Origin: the human T2T-CHM13v2.0 reference genome, Homo sapiens
Assembly (NCBI RefSeq): GCF_009914755.1
Contig: NC_060947.1
Length of the DNA: 64,000 nucleotides
Strand: one strand, 5' to 3'
Below the pieces are notes generated by a model. It ran no database searches and was not told where the DNA came from. It was given only the letters and a program-made list of their open reading frames with translations. Shown piece after piece: positions 1-14,650 of the stretch (positions are counted from its first letter, which is position 1; each line of letters starts with the position of its first letter). A program made the translations under genes and the position numbers.

Positions 1-851
1 TGCAGAGGTGAGTGATGCAGCCTGCTCTAACCTAGGGCGCCCTGTGATGGGGCTGTGGACTTATGAAACCAATGTGTGTCCTATGCCCTCAAATTCCATG
101 TGGTTTCCTGCCTCTGTGCCTCTGCTCTTCCTGAACCCTCTGTCTGGCATGCTGTCCTCCTTCAGGTGGTTTCCTGGAGACCAAGGCTGTACTGAATATC
201 CCCCTCCTCTAGGCTCTCATAGTACCCCAAATAGACCCCCATGGCAGCCATCACCACATTACATGAGTCTCTCTACCCCAGGCTGAGTGCTCCCTGAGGG
301 CAGGGCTTTAGGATTTAGCCCTCTTTGTATTTCCAGTGTTGAAGGCAGAATGACAGAGCAAAGTGCTGGGGAACATGGGGGTGGAGGAGACAAATTTGAC
401 CTGTAGATCGAGGGAAACTTCCTGGAGGAAGGGGATTGGGCCTGGTCTGGTGGCAGAGGGAAGGTAAGGGCAATCCTGTCAGTTGGAACTGTTTGACCCT
501 GGGGCAGGGGCATCTCCCGGGGGAAGACAGAGTTGGCAGAAGTGGTTGGAGGGTCCAAGGCAGAGAGGCCAGTGGGAGACAAAGCTGGGAAGATCAGAGA
601 GGACACAAAGTCACTGCATACAGAAGTCACTTGGATGAAAGGAGCTCTTCTGATCTCAATCTGTGTGAGTTTCAGAGCAATTGGACTGTAGGTGAGTTGA
701 TGCCTGGCTCAGTGCAGGAAATGAATATTCAGGCCCTTTCAGCTGAGATGGAAGTGCTTTTCCTGAGCAGCAGTCAACAGACCTCACATTTTAGGAGACC
801 CCTGGTCCCAGAATGACTGTTAGCTGGATTGAATTCTGTACGAGCAAGGTC

Positions 852-1157
852 TTTTTTTTTTTTTTTTTTTTTTTGAGACAGATTCTTGCTCTGTCGCCAA
901 GGCTGGAGCGCAGTGGTGCAATCTCAGCTCACTGTAACCTCTGCCTCCCAGGTTCAAGCACTTCTCCTGCCTCAGCCTCCTGAGTAGCTGAGATTACAGG
1001 TGCTCACCACCACACCTGGCTAATTTTTGTATTTTTAGTAAAGATGAGGTTTCACCATGTTGGCCAGGCTGGTCACGAACTCCCTGACCTCAAGTGATCC
1101 TCCTGCCTCGGCCTCCCAAAGTGCTGAGATTACCGTTGTGAGCCACCACGCCTGGCC
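852..1157 (-). mobile_element. Alu SINE (AluS-type), full length
   Basis: Poly-T then reverse-complement Alu dimer ending ...cctggcc; TSD gagcaaggtctt at 842-853 and 1160-1171. Confidence 0.97.
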
Positions 1158-1618
1158 AGGAGCAAGGTCTTAAGCAGAAAAATGCTCACAGCCACTGGGC
1201 TAGTAAGTCTGTTTATTCTCAAGGATGAAGGCTCTAGCCCTCATACAAATATGACAGAAAGCAATCACACACCAAGCTACATGACTAGGAAGTAGAGTAC
1301 TTAAGGAGGCAGAGATTTGTTTTTAGTTGACAGCAAGAAATATATGTTTTCCTCTTATTCTTCAGCTACCATTCTGGCTAGTTTTTATTACTCTCAAGAG
1401 AGGCAAAGCCAAGAATTTCTTGTAGACATTATTTCCCAGCAAATGTCGCATTTTAGAATGCATACTGACATCTTCCCCTTAATTAATTTATTCCAGACAT
1501 TCAACTTGGCAGCATTTAATAAATTATGATTACAAACAACACCACTTAAAAAGTATGATTATTAAAATGGTACTCATTGAAGAATCTGAAAGTACAGAAA
1601 AACAAACAAAAAGTAGCA

Positions 1619-1940
1619 GGCCAGGCATGGTGGCTCACACCTGTAATCCCAGCACTTTGAGAGGCGGAGGCAGGCAGATTGCTTGAGCTCAGGAGTTTGA
1701 GACCAGCCCGGCCAACATGGTGAAACCTCGTCTCTACAAAAAATACAAAAATTAGCTGGGTGTGGTGGTGCGTGCCTGTGGTCCTAGCTACTTGAGAGCC
1801 TGAGGTGGGAGGATTACTTGAGCTTGGGAGGCGGAGGCTGCAGTGAACTGAGATTGCACCACTGCATTCCAGCCTGGGTGACAGAGGAAGACCCTGTCTC
1901 AAAAAACAAACAAACAAACAAACAACAACAACAACAAAAA
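1619..1940 (+). mobile_element. Alu SINE (AluJ-type)
   Basis: ggccaggcatggtggctcac start, dimer, (aaac)n tail; TSD-like aaaaa(g/c)tagcagg on both sides. Confidence 0.96.
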
Positions 1941-1997
1941 CTAGCAGGAAAAATCTCCCCTCTCTTCTAATTCCAAACACTAAGATTCCCATCCCCG

Positions 1998-2520
1998 TGT
2001 GGTAGTCTCCCCAGATGGCTGCCATCAATTTTTTTTCCTTCGTATGCACATGCTGTTCGACCCAGCAAGAAACCATTCTACCTCCCCTGGAATGTGGCCT
2101 GACATCTTGAATTGGGTTGGCCACTACTAGAAGTCTGTATAAATGATGCTGTGCCAATTCTAGGCCTGGACTTTAAGACGTCTGGCAACTTTCACATTCC
2201 CTCTGAAAACCTACTGCCACATAAGAAGTCTGACTATGCAGAGACACCATGCTGTGAGGAAGCCCAAGCTGTGATGTGGAGAGGCCACCAGAAGAGAACT
2301 AAGTGTCTGACATGTGAAGAAAGCCTTCTCAGTCCTTCCAGCCTAGCCCAGCCCCCAGTTCAGTGCAGTAGAATTAGTGACCTCAGCCAATGCCACCTGG
2401 AACAGAAAACCACCCAGCTCAGACTAGTCTACCCAAAGAATCATGAGAAATGATAGTTATTGACTGATGACACCAAGTTTTGCCAAGTCTGTTATTCAGC
2501 AGCAAGTAATAACTGAGATG
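1998..2520 (+). mobile_element. MaLR solo LTR (MLT1G/H-like)
   Basis: tgtggtag start, MLT1-type core (ccatgctgtgaggaagcccaag) and end (tgttattcagcagcaagtaataactga); subfamily by eye. Confidence 0.75.
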
Positions 2521-2709
2521 CCTTGTTCTATTTTAGAATATTTTCTTAGTATCTTTTTTCACAGCATTTTTAGCAGTCACACTTATACAATAAATATAAT
2601 TGGTTTTTAGCACTTTTCACAATACATTTCAGGACATGTCTCTTCTCATTTTATCAAAAGTGGAAGGAATATTTTTAGTGACCACACACTGTTCAATTGT
2701 AGGGATGTA

Positions 2710-3515
<806 letters not shown>

Positions 3516-4235
3516 CTTGAATAAGGCCAATGGTTTCAAAAGAAGAGCAGGAAGGAACGTCATGTTGGAGAGGCAGGAAAACCTTCTTTTTTGCAGCATG
3601 AAGTTGCCTCTGTGGACTTCAGTTTCCTGATGGTGACTCAGCTCTACAACTTGAAAATGAGCAGTTAACAGGCTGTTTGTGCCAAGTAATTCTAGTGATA
3701 GATGTGCATTTTTTCTATAGCTTCCCACCATTATAGTCCACTTTGGAAGCTGAATTCTGATTCAAAAAGGAATGGAGGGCAAAAACCGTGTGTGCTCCTG
3801 AGAGAACAGTGCCAAATTCTCCACTTGCAAAATGGGACATTAATAATTGCCGCCTCATTCCACTGAGTCTATGATGAAAATTATTTCTTCAGTTTTTCAA
3901 ATTTAATCACAGCTTTTGAAATTAAGGACATCTGAATATTGTGTGTGTATATACAGTATAATTAATGCTGTATTTCTGGGCTAAGAGCCCAGAAACTATT
4001 GTATATAAGTATACACAAATGTACCTTTACAGTTTGATAATATTTCATTTCCATGTAGGCAATTTTCTTCTTGAATAAATTACTTGATGGTTGTATTTTT
4101 TCATGAACCATCATGAGGAAAATTCCAGATTTCCAGATTTGCTCTCCAGTGTTTTGAATGTACAGCAACCTTGCCAATATGTGGCCTTGAACGTTCTGCA
4201 CATGGCTAAGGATCTGTTGGATTACCATTCTCTAT

Positions 4236-4566
4236 AGCTGCCCTTTTCCATACAGGAGCCACTAGCCACATGTGGCTACTGAGCAACCGTTAGTGGATTA
4301 AATCCAAATTCAAGTGTTCTGTAAGTGTAAAATACACACTTAATTTTGATGACTTAGTACCAAAAAAAAAAAAGAAAAGAAAATATCTAATAATTTCTAC
4401 ATTGACTACATGTTGAAATAATAGTATTTTGGATGTACTGGGTTAAATTAAAGATATTAATTTCACCCATTTCTTTATACTTTAAAAAATGTGGTTACTG
4501 AAATTTTTAAAATTACATATATGGCTCACTCTTGTGGCTTGCATTATGTTTCCAATTGACAGTGCT
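4236..4566. mobile_element. hAT-Charlie MITE (MER33-like)
   Basis: agccactagccacatgtggctactgagc terminus and AT-rich body of ~330 bp typical of MER3/MER33. Confidence 0.8.
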
Positions 4567-5359
4567 ACTCTACGGAGCTGAATTCAACCTTTTGTGAGTC
4601 TCTCTGGGCCCCCAACCAATAGGGACGAGTAGCCTTAAAGTGCTAGCTTATTTCTTCTCAGGATTCCCAAAAACCAGGGAAAGCAGATAGAAGAATCAGG
4701 ATGTGTCTGCCCTGGATGCTTCCATTTTTTTTTTTTTTTGGTCTCCTTCTTGACTCTTTGTGTCCTCTCTACCACCTAGTGCTACCTAAGTGGCCCGCCA
4801 AGAAAACCTACCCAACATGCACTTCCTGAAACATCTCCCTGAGCTCCAGAGTATTGTATTCTTTTTCTTTTTCACCTCCCCCAAAACTAACAACCCCTCA
4901 GTGTAGGAATCTCACATAGCTGTTATATGAAATATGGGCTTTAAAAAATTTCTCACAAGAGTATGTAAGATAAGCCTTTGTATTAGCCTGTTAAAGGTAA
5001 GGTTGAAAGGCTCTCCAATGGGACAACTTCTGGCCAAGTGTTCCAGTAGAAAGATGCATTTCCAGCAGTTGAGAGGGCAGTATTTTGGGGTAATGTGTTT
5101 AAACCAAACATTGTTAGCACATACCTATTCTGTAAATATACTAACCTTTTCCCTGCTAAAGGCATAGTTATGGGTCATACAATCAAAACGATGTGATCTC
5201 ACGTTAATTTTCCCTAAAATAATCTCTACCAGCTTCCATAGAAGCCCCTTCTGCCCCTGTCCTCATATCCTTTTCCCTAATTAAAAGTCTATAATTTAGA
5301 AGGTGCCATTATCGACCAAATCGCTTCTGTTGTAAAACTATCGGCTGAGATGTTTCTAG

Positions 5360-5662
<303 letters not shown>

Positions 5663-6424
5663 ATTCACTCAGTCACTCACTTGTTCATTCATTCATTCAT
5701 TTATTATTTATATACCATGCACTTTCTAAAAGTTCTTGAAGCTGTTTGGTACCCTTCATACACATGCAAACCTGTGCTTCCACTGTTGTGCTGTCAAACT
5801 GGGGGCCTCTAGTGAAGAAGGAAAATAATTCCACATGCACGCCAATCCTGTTCAAACGGACACCAGGCTAAGCCCTTTGGGAATTTTACACTCAGACCCA
5901 AGTGGAGAACTGGGCTTCTTAAAAAAGTCCCGTAAATCAATCCATAGTATATAAAAATTAGCCATGTCTAAAAGAGGTTTATTAAGCGATTTCCACAGCC
6001 ACTGCATTAGATTTCAAGGAGTTTATGAGGATAAACAGATCTTTATTGAGAATCACCATTAACATGGTCATTAGCTTTCACATCATTAAATATCTCATTT
6101 CAAGGGCAATTATGTTGGATTTCACATTTATCAGAAAATAATTGCAGAAAAATGTGCCATACACACCATTTTTTCAGAGGCATCAGCAACACAAAAGGTG
6201 GAACTCAAAAGCAACATTTCCTTTTTGTGTATTATTTGAAACTTATGCCATGGCAATTTTGCAGGACTAATTCACAGATTGGCTTATTTAAGTCAGACGT
6301 TATATGAGCATCAAATTATCCAACTTCTCTATGATTCTTTTAACCTGTGCCAAGTTTGTTTTATATGGTGATTGATGGCTTACTATTGGGAGAGTCACTC
6401 CATTACAATAAGATTATTTGTAGA

Positions 6425-7290
<866 letters not shown>

Positions 7291-7704
7291 TGGGTTTTTC
7301 ATTCATGTCTGTGACACAATATTCATAAATTTATCTTTAAACTAGTTATTCTCAAACTCTATGAAAAATCAATTTTTTAATCTCCAATCTATCATGGAAA
7401 AATACTTCCATAAAATGAATTATTAGAAAAAACTAAATTTAAAAGGTGTACAAAATACAGGTCCATGGACCAATAGTCATAACATTTTTAAAAATGAGTT
7501 CTTGCAAAAATTTAGTAAAGACATACAAAACGCAAGCCTAAGAGTTTTATTAGATTTGATAGACAGTTACTCTGTTAAATTAGTGTAAAAGTCTTTAAAC
7601 ATTTATGCTCAATTTACATGTCTCCCTGAGGCTGGATAATAAACAGCTCACTGAAGAGTGGCCATCTACAGATCATCTATTTAAATGATACCAAATCAAC
7701 TTAT

Positions 7705-7930
7705 AAAAATAGCTGGTATTTATGGAGGTTTTATTATGCCCGGGACAGTGTCCAGTCATTCACATGAATTACCTTCTAGTAATGATCATCCCAACTCTGA
7801 ACTTTATGAATTCTCCTATTTTATGTGTGAACAGACTAGGATTAATGGGATGAAGTAACTTACCCAACTTGGTCACACAGCTAGTAAGTACGGGAAGTTG
7901 TGACCCAAACCCAGAAATCTTAACTGCATA
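7705..7930 (-). mobile_element. MIR SINE
   Basis: aagtaacttacccaacttggtcacacagctagtaagt MIR core in reverse orientation. Confidence 0.75.
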
Positions 7931-8324
7931 GCATGACACTGCAGAATCCCTTTATCCATGGTAATATTTGAGATAATACAATGCTCAAATTATGGTAAAT
8001 ATGGGATGAAATTAATTTCACCCTGGTCAAAATTTCCACAAAGTCCTACATAGGGAGATTTCTGTGCTTTTGTTCCCTAAAAATGAGACCCATCGCTTAT
8101 ACCAAACATGAACTAGAGAGAGATGAGGCATGTGGTGAGGTCTAGAAGGAAATGAACCGTGCTGTTGTTGATGTCTCTTCTCAGAGCGTGGTGGTTCTTA
8201 GTATAGTAGCAGAATCAGAGATGCGGAAGAGAGGAAAGCAGGTGTACCTTGGTGATATATGCTCCATTTACACTGGGTTGTGGATTTTACTTCCTTCACT
8301 GAAGTTTGTCAGAGGCTTGAGGGT

Positions 8325-8485
8325 AACAGTTTCCATCACAATCACTGGGGGGATTTTTGTAACTACCGATGTGTAGGCTCTGTCCCAAGAGATTCATAGT
8401 TTACTGGTCTGGAAGAGGCCTGGGAATCGGAAGTGTTTCCAAAGCTTCTTGGGTGATTCTAATGTGTAGCCAGGGTTGAGAACTG
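8325..8485. mobile_element. hAT-Charlie MITE (MER5-like)
   Basis: gggtgattctaatgtgtagccagggttgagaac terminus. Confidence 0.7.
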
Positions 8486-9107
8486 AAGTTTTAAGGAAGA
8501 TAAGCATGGAACTAGGTACAGCTGAGTCATTTCTGCTGGATGTCCTTTTGCCCAGGGGTGGTGTGAAAGCCACAGGAGAACAGCCTTCTGCCCACTGCAG
8601 TCACCCATGGGGAATGCCCTATTGGGATTAGCGTGGCTCAGGTACCTCCATGTTATATGAAGCTCAGGAAAACATCCACCAGCCACTTTAATAGTCTCCA
8701 GCCTCTGTCATTTCAGACCCTCATTAGCTTAGGTTTCATCTACTTTGCAAAATATCATTCCATTGATTTTAGTGTTTTAGGTTATCATTTATGGCAAAAT
8801 TAGAATTTCATTGTTATTCAGCCCCCATTTGTGGTTTTTGCTTATACCACAGGAGATACGTCCTAAGTATTAGAACTTTCCTAAGCATTTTAGTATTTTT
8901 ACATTTAATTTACATTTTACATTTAACCAGCTTTGACCTGCATCACAAATCATTGAGATTTTGCATTTAAGAATTTTATATTTTTTCTTCCTATATCAGA
9001 TTGGACGTAATAGTAGAGCTAGGGTTGGTGGAAACTGTAATCTTACAGCATGTTTGGTAGAATCCTAGTCTTGTGAGAAGTTCCTTGAAAAGAGAGTTTT
9101 CTAACTC

Positions 9108-9278
9108 CTTAGTACTCAACGTGTGGGGATGTATGAGCCAGAACATTGGCATCTCCTGGGAGCTTGGTAGAAACACAAAATCTCTGGTCCCACTGAAGAC
9201 CTATTGAATCTGGATCTGCATTTAACTAGACTCCCAGGTAATTCTTATGTTTGTGTAGAAAGGGTTTAAGAAGCATTG
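9108..9278. mobile_element. hAT-Charlie MITE (MER5A-like)
   Basis: ggcatctcctgggagcttggtagaaa...gaatctggatctgcatttaac...ccaggtaattcttatg. Confidence 0.75.
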
Positions 9279-9492
9279 AATGTTGAGAAACAACTGCAAA
9301 TTGTGTTCCTTTTCCTGCAGTTGCATTATACACATTAGCATATGAAAGGTTCTGTTAAGTACAATGGTAAAGAAAATGGTTTATCCCAGATATTCCCAAA
9401 GGTATTTGACCATAGGGCAACAATTTTTTTAGGGTAGCACTTTTAAAAAGCCTTTTATTGGAGCGTGACATATATCAGAATAGTGCATATAT

Positions 9493-10010
9493 TGTTGGGT
9501 AACCATTCTCCATGGGTCTCTCACCTTTCTGCACGCCTTGTAACCAGAGGCTCTGACTCCATTTGTTCTGAACTCTCTTCTCAAGGATGTTTGTATAGTG
9601 AACAGCCTTGGAAGACAGAGATAGGGTTTCCCTCCAGAACAAAAATCAGTCCAGTATAATAAAGCCATTCCAACACAATAGTGGTTCTCTCCAGGACAAA
9701 GGTCAGGCAGGCTTATTGCCTCTTTAGAAATATTTGGATTCCCTTCACTTTGTGTTCTTAAACTATGGCATAAACCCACTGCATGTGCAGTATTCAACTG
9801 GGCTCCTCTACATTGCCCCCATGGGACTTAGAGGGCAAGAGAAACTGATACAAATATGAAGCTCATGTTGTATGCTGTTCTCTGAATAAGAAAGTCCTTT
9901 TTCTCTGACCCAGGAGTCTCATGTCTTCTGTCAACATCCATGAAACTAGGGCAGGCTAACTTGTCAGATTACAAGTAGGGTCAAATCTGAGAACCTTCAC
10001 AGTTCTTGAT
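9493..10010 (+). mobile_element. Solo LTR (LTR47-like, ERVL) inserted in an old L1 fragment
   Basis: tgttgggtaaccattctccatgggtctctc start, ~520 bp, U5-like tctctgacccaggagtctcatgtc; L1ME-like sequence on both flanks; name by recollection. Confidence 0.65.
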
Positions 10011-10409
10011 AATTATATAGGATTGATTTGATGGATCTTTGCAAACTGCATGTAACTGTGTAACAGGTTATCAGTTCAAGAAAGATAAAATTGCTAGTGC
10101 CCAGAAGGCCTCTTCACGACCCTTTCCAGTCACTACTCTCCCCAACTCATGTGGACTAACAATGACCTCCTATGTATGTAATGAGCTGTTTTCTAAACTG
10201 AGATCACTGAAGCTGACATTGATCAGTACCTAGTATGAGTCAGTCAACCCTCCGAATGACTTTATGTGTAGTAAATATTTTAATTCTCACAGCAACCGTC
10301 TGAGGTAGGAATTATTATACTCATCTTGCAGGTGATAAATTGAAGCACAGGAGAAACTAAGTGACTCGCCACAGGTCACAAAGCTAGAATTTGAACCCAG
10401 GTAATTTGA

Positions 10410-10733
<324 letters not shown>

Positions 10734-10929
10734 TTCCTCAGAGCTAACTTTAATTCTGTCACCACACTGGGCCCCATGCTCTGACACTGGCACAGAATAT
10801 TTGCAACAGGCATAATCTCAGGAAGTCTGAGCATGAGTGGTTTTACAAACACAGGCAGGCCTCAAATAGAAATATGGTGTGTTCCAAGAATTTGTTTATA
10901 AACCAATCATTTTTCTTATGTCATAGAAA

Positions 10930-11100
10930 AGGTACTGGATACATCATCTGACAAATCTAGACTCCCATCCTGACTTGCATTTAGTAGCTGTGTGTCCTTG
11001 GACAAGACTTAACCTCTTTGGGCTTCAGTTTCCTCATTTGTAAAATAACAGAGGTGGACCAGAGGAGCATGCAAGCTTCTTCTGACTTTAAAGTTCTGTA
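10930..11100 (+). mobile_element. MIR SINE
   Basis: agctgtgtgtccttggacaagacttaacctctttgggcttcagtttcctcatttgtaaaat core. Confidence 0.8.
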
Positions 11101-11447
11101 CTTTTATATCCAATATATATTCTCCACAGAATTAGCACTATCGATTCCAAGACTAGCACCAGAATATTTTTTTTGAGTAAAATGGTGCTGGAAATTTGAA
11201 AAAATACTCATACAAATATTTCCGTGGACTGGAACCTGATTTTATCACCTGTGACTTGGGCAAGTCATTTAATAGATGTGAAGCTCTTTTCACCCCGGCA
11301 AAACGAAAATAAATAATATTTGTTCTGTGGGGAATCATGAAACTTCAAACAAGTTATCTATCTATCTATGTATCATCTATCTATCTTTATGTTTTATAAG
11401 GTGATATGTATTATACACACAGGTATGTTATTTGTTTTTTATAACCT

Positions 11448-11800
11448 CATTCATCCATTTATCTATCCATCCATCCATCCATCTATTCATTCATTCATAA
11501 AGCATTTATTGAATGCCTGCCCACTTCTTGTCAGGTACTATGTGAATAGTGGAGGTATAACATTAGAATACAGTGTGATAGAGGGTCTGAGAAGGGCAAG
11601 TACAGGGTGCTCAAAATGGGTACCTAATCTAGTTGGGTGTGTTTTCTGTGGCAGAGAAGGGGAGGAGAAAGCAGGGAAAATTCCCCAAGGAGTTAATATA
11701 AAAGTTGAGACTTGCGGGACAATGTTGACCAGGCTGGTGGGAGTGGGGATAGAGCGTGGGAGGGAACACAGGACACAACATGGGCCAAGGCTGAGAGGTA
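11448..11800 (-). mobile_element. L2 LINE 3' fragment with (TCCA)n/(TTCA)n tail
   Basis: cattcattcataaagcatttattgaatgcctgc is the reverse L2 3' end. Confidence 0.65.
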
Positions 11801-13007
11801 TAAGGAAGCGGAATTATTTGTAGTCAGTGTGGTCAATGCATTTGGACTTCTCAGAGCCACATTTCACACAGCAAGTGTAGGGGTAGTGTAGACGGCTCCA
11901 ATTATGGGATGGTGCAAACAGCTGTAGTTTGCAAACTTTCAACCTATGCTTAGAAAAGGATCCTTTCTTAAGCAGGATCCTTTCTTCTTCCTCCAAATTG
12001 GGGGAATTGGGGGAGAGATCCCTGGAGCAAGTCCTGGCTTCTTTTGAATCCCTCTGAGAATTACTTTTTCGTCAGAGGTTACATATATAGTTATCAGCCC
12101 AGGATGCCCTAAACTCCACATTGGCCTGTGGCTTCATTCCTCACCTTGCACCTCTCTCCCCACTTTCCTTCTTCCAGCCAAGAGGGCATGGAGGCTGGAG
12201 ATGGAGGCTGGAGACTGAGGCCGTGTTTGGGGGTATACTTTCCTCTTCAAGGCTGGCTGACTTTAATCCGACTGCTCCTGGGTTAAGATTCTGGGAGGTG
12301 CTTCTCTTTCTTCCCTTTCCCTCCCTCTCCTCTCAGCCTCCCACTGCCCCGTCCTGATCCTGCCCTGGGCCCAACCTGTTCTAGGAGTCTCAAAGACATG
12401 CCCTGTTTCTCCAGAGCTCATGCAGAGGCTGCTGAGGCCAGAAATCTCTCAGATTCCTTTTGCTCCAGCCTCTGGTTTTTTAACGAGCAATTGCCTGGGA
12501 GGAACTCTGAGGGAGGCTTTCTGCTGAAGAAGGGAAGTGCTTTCAGTTTCGGCGTTTTCATCTGGAGTTCAGCAGGGCCTCCCGCAGCCTTTCCAACCAG
12601 ACCAGGCACATGCAGAGTGGGGAGATGGCGTCACCCAGAACACCTCTAATTTTCCTTATCCAAATGATTTCTGTGACTCAGAAATCGTTGGCTGATGCAA
12701 AGCCAGGGAGCTGGGAGCTCCTTTCAAACTGGTGGAAAGACTTTCGATGCATGGGAATTGGCTTTCCTGGGCACCAAGTCTCTGGGGCCCCAGTTTGTTT
12801 TCACAGCTGCCTTCTGGTGGAGGGGAGAATGTATTAATATCATGATTACTTGCTCCCTGCCAGCAAGCACTGCCTGGCAGGTTGTAGGCCCCTGAATGTT
12901 TTGGTAGAGAAGGGAAAATGCGGTCAAAGAAGCTCAGGGCCTGGGTGCTGTCATTATCCTCTTTCAGGATTTAGGTCAGTATACCACGATGCATTTAATG
13001 CATCTGT

Positions 13008-13305
13008 TTTTTTTTTTTTTTTTTAATTGAGACAGAGTCTTGCTCTGTCACCCAGGCTGGAGTGCAGTGGCGCAATCTCGGCTCACCACAATCTCCGTCT
13101 CCTGGGTTCAAACAATTCTCTGCCTCAGCCTCCCAGGTAGCTGGGATTACAGGTGCCCACCACCGGCTAATTTTTTTTTTTTTTTTAAGTTGAGACGGGG
13201 TTTCACCATCTTGGCCAGACTTGTCTTGAACTCCTGACCTTGTGATCCACCCGCCTCAGCCTCCCAAAGTGCTGGGATTATAGGCATCAGCCACCGCACC
13301 TGGCC
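13008..13305 (-). mobile_element. Alu SINE (AluS-type)
   Basis: Poly-T plus Alu dimer; TSD-like catctgttttt / catctatatttt. Confidence 0.96.
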
Positions 13306-13732
13306 CACATCTATATTTTCAAGCAAAAATGATTTCCCCTTTCAGTTGGAGAATTTTCATTCTTAATAGTTACTGCCTATCTTTCTCAAAAATTCCTGTG
13401 TCAATTTTGGAAAACATTAATTTTTTGGATAATGGGGACAGCCTTACATTTAACAGTTGCTTGGCCTTTAATCACCAATGGAAGGGGGAGAAATTATAGA
13501 ATTTTAAAAAATGGTTGTGTTGGAAGAAGATCTTTTAAGCAGTCAAAGCAGGTGGTAGCATGTGGCAAAGGGGTGGCACTGATGGGAGAAGCATTTATTT
13601 ATTTACTTATTTTTGCCATTTTACAATGAATTTACTAATTTGGGTTAGTAGGTGACTCATAAAATAGCCCTGTATGTGTTGTATAAAATAGAAGTGAGAT
13701 AATGTCCCTTTTCTACTTAAAAGCCTGCAATG

Positions 13733-14198
13733 ATGATAGTAGCCCTATTCACAATAGCTAAAAGTGGAAACAACCCAAATGACCTTTAAATGGTGAATGA
13801 ATAAACAAATTATGGCATATGCATACAACAGAATATTGCTCAGCCATAAAAAGAAATAAGGTACAAATGCATCTCCAAAATATGATGCTAAGTGAAACTA
13901 GTCAGTCGCAAAAGTCACATATTATATGATTCCATTTATATGAAGTGTCCAGAAGAGGGAAATCCATAGAGACAGAAAGCAAACTGTGGTTGGCAGGGGC
14001 CACGGGGAGGGGATGATGGGGAATGACTGCCAATGGGTATGGGAATATCCCTTTGAGGTGATGAAAATGTTCTAGAACTAAATAGAGGTGTCGGTTGCAC
14101 AACGCTATGAATACACTAAAAATGCCACTGAATTGTTCACTTTAAAATGGTTAATTTTATGATGTGTGAATTTCACCTCAGTAAAAAATAATAATTAA
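13733..14198 (+). mobile_element. L1MB-type LINE 3' end inserted into an L2
   Basis: ttcacaatagctaaaagtggaaacaacccaaatg...gccactgaattgttcactttaaaatggttaattttatg; TSD-like ctgcaatg on both sides. Confidence 0.9.
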
Positions 14199-14204
14199 GT
14201 AAGA

Positions 14205-14650
14205 TCTGCAATGGTTCCCTATTTCTCCAAGAGTAGAAGCCAAATCCTTACAGAGGCCTCCTATAGGAGATGGCCCTGTTACCTTCTGGCCTCGTCCTCT
14301 CCTCTTCCCACGACTGTCTCACTGAGCACCATGGCCTCCATCAGTTCCTCCTAATGCTAGGCATGCTCCCACTCCCAAACCCCCTTTGCACTGGCTGTCC
14401 TGTCTGCCTGGAAGACACTTCTCTCCAGTGCCCACATGACTCTTTTAGTCTTTGCTTACATGTCAGTGTCCAAGGAGGCCTGTCCTCACCACTCTTATTT
14501 CCAATCACACCCGTCCCCAAGTATCATTCCCTTTATTCTGCTCTGCTTGACTTATTTCCTTCTAACAAACTATGTCTTTTTACTTATTTATTCTGTTTAT
14601 TCTCTTTCTCCTTCTCCTTCCTCTAACCATTGGAATGTAGCTCCACCACC
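14205..14650 (+). mobile_element. L2 LINE fragment
   Basis: L2-like ggcctccatcagttcctc...ctttgcactggctgtcctgtctgcctggaa. Confidence 0.65.

Noticed and set aside
1546-2157. Longest ORF (203 aa, minus strand)
   Set aside because: Mostly antisense Alu translation ([15 protein letters not shown]...) plus LTR sequence; no coding evidence
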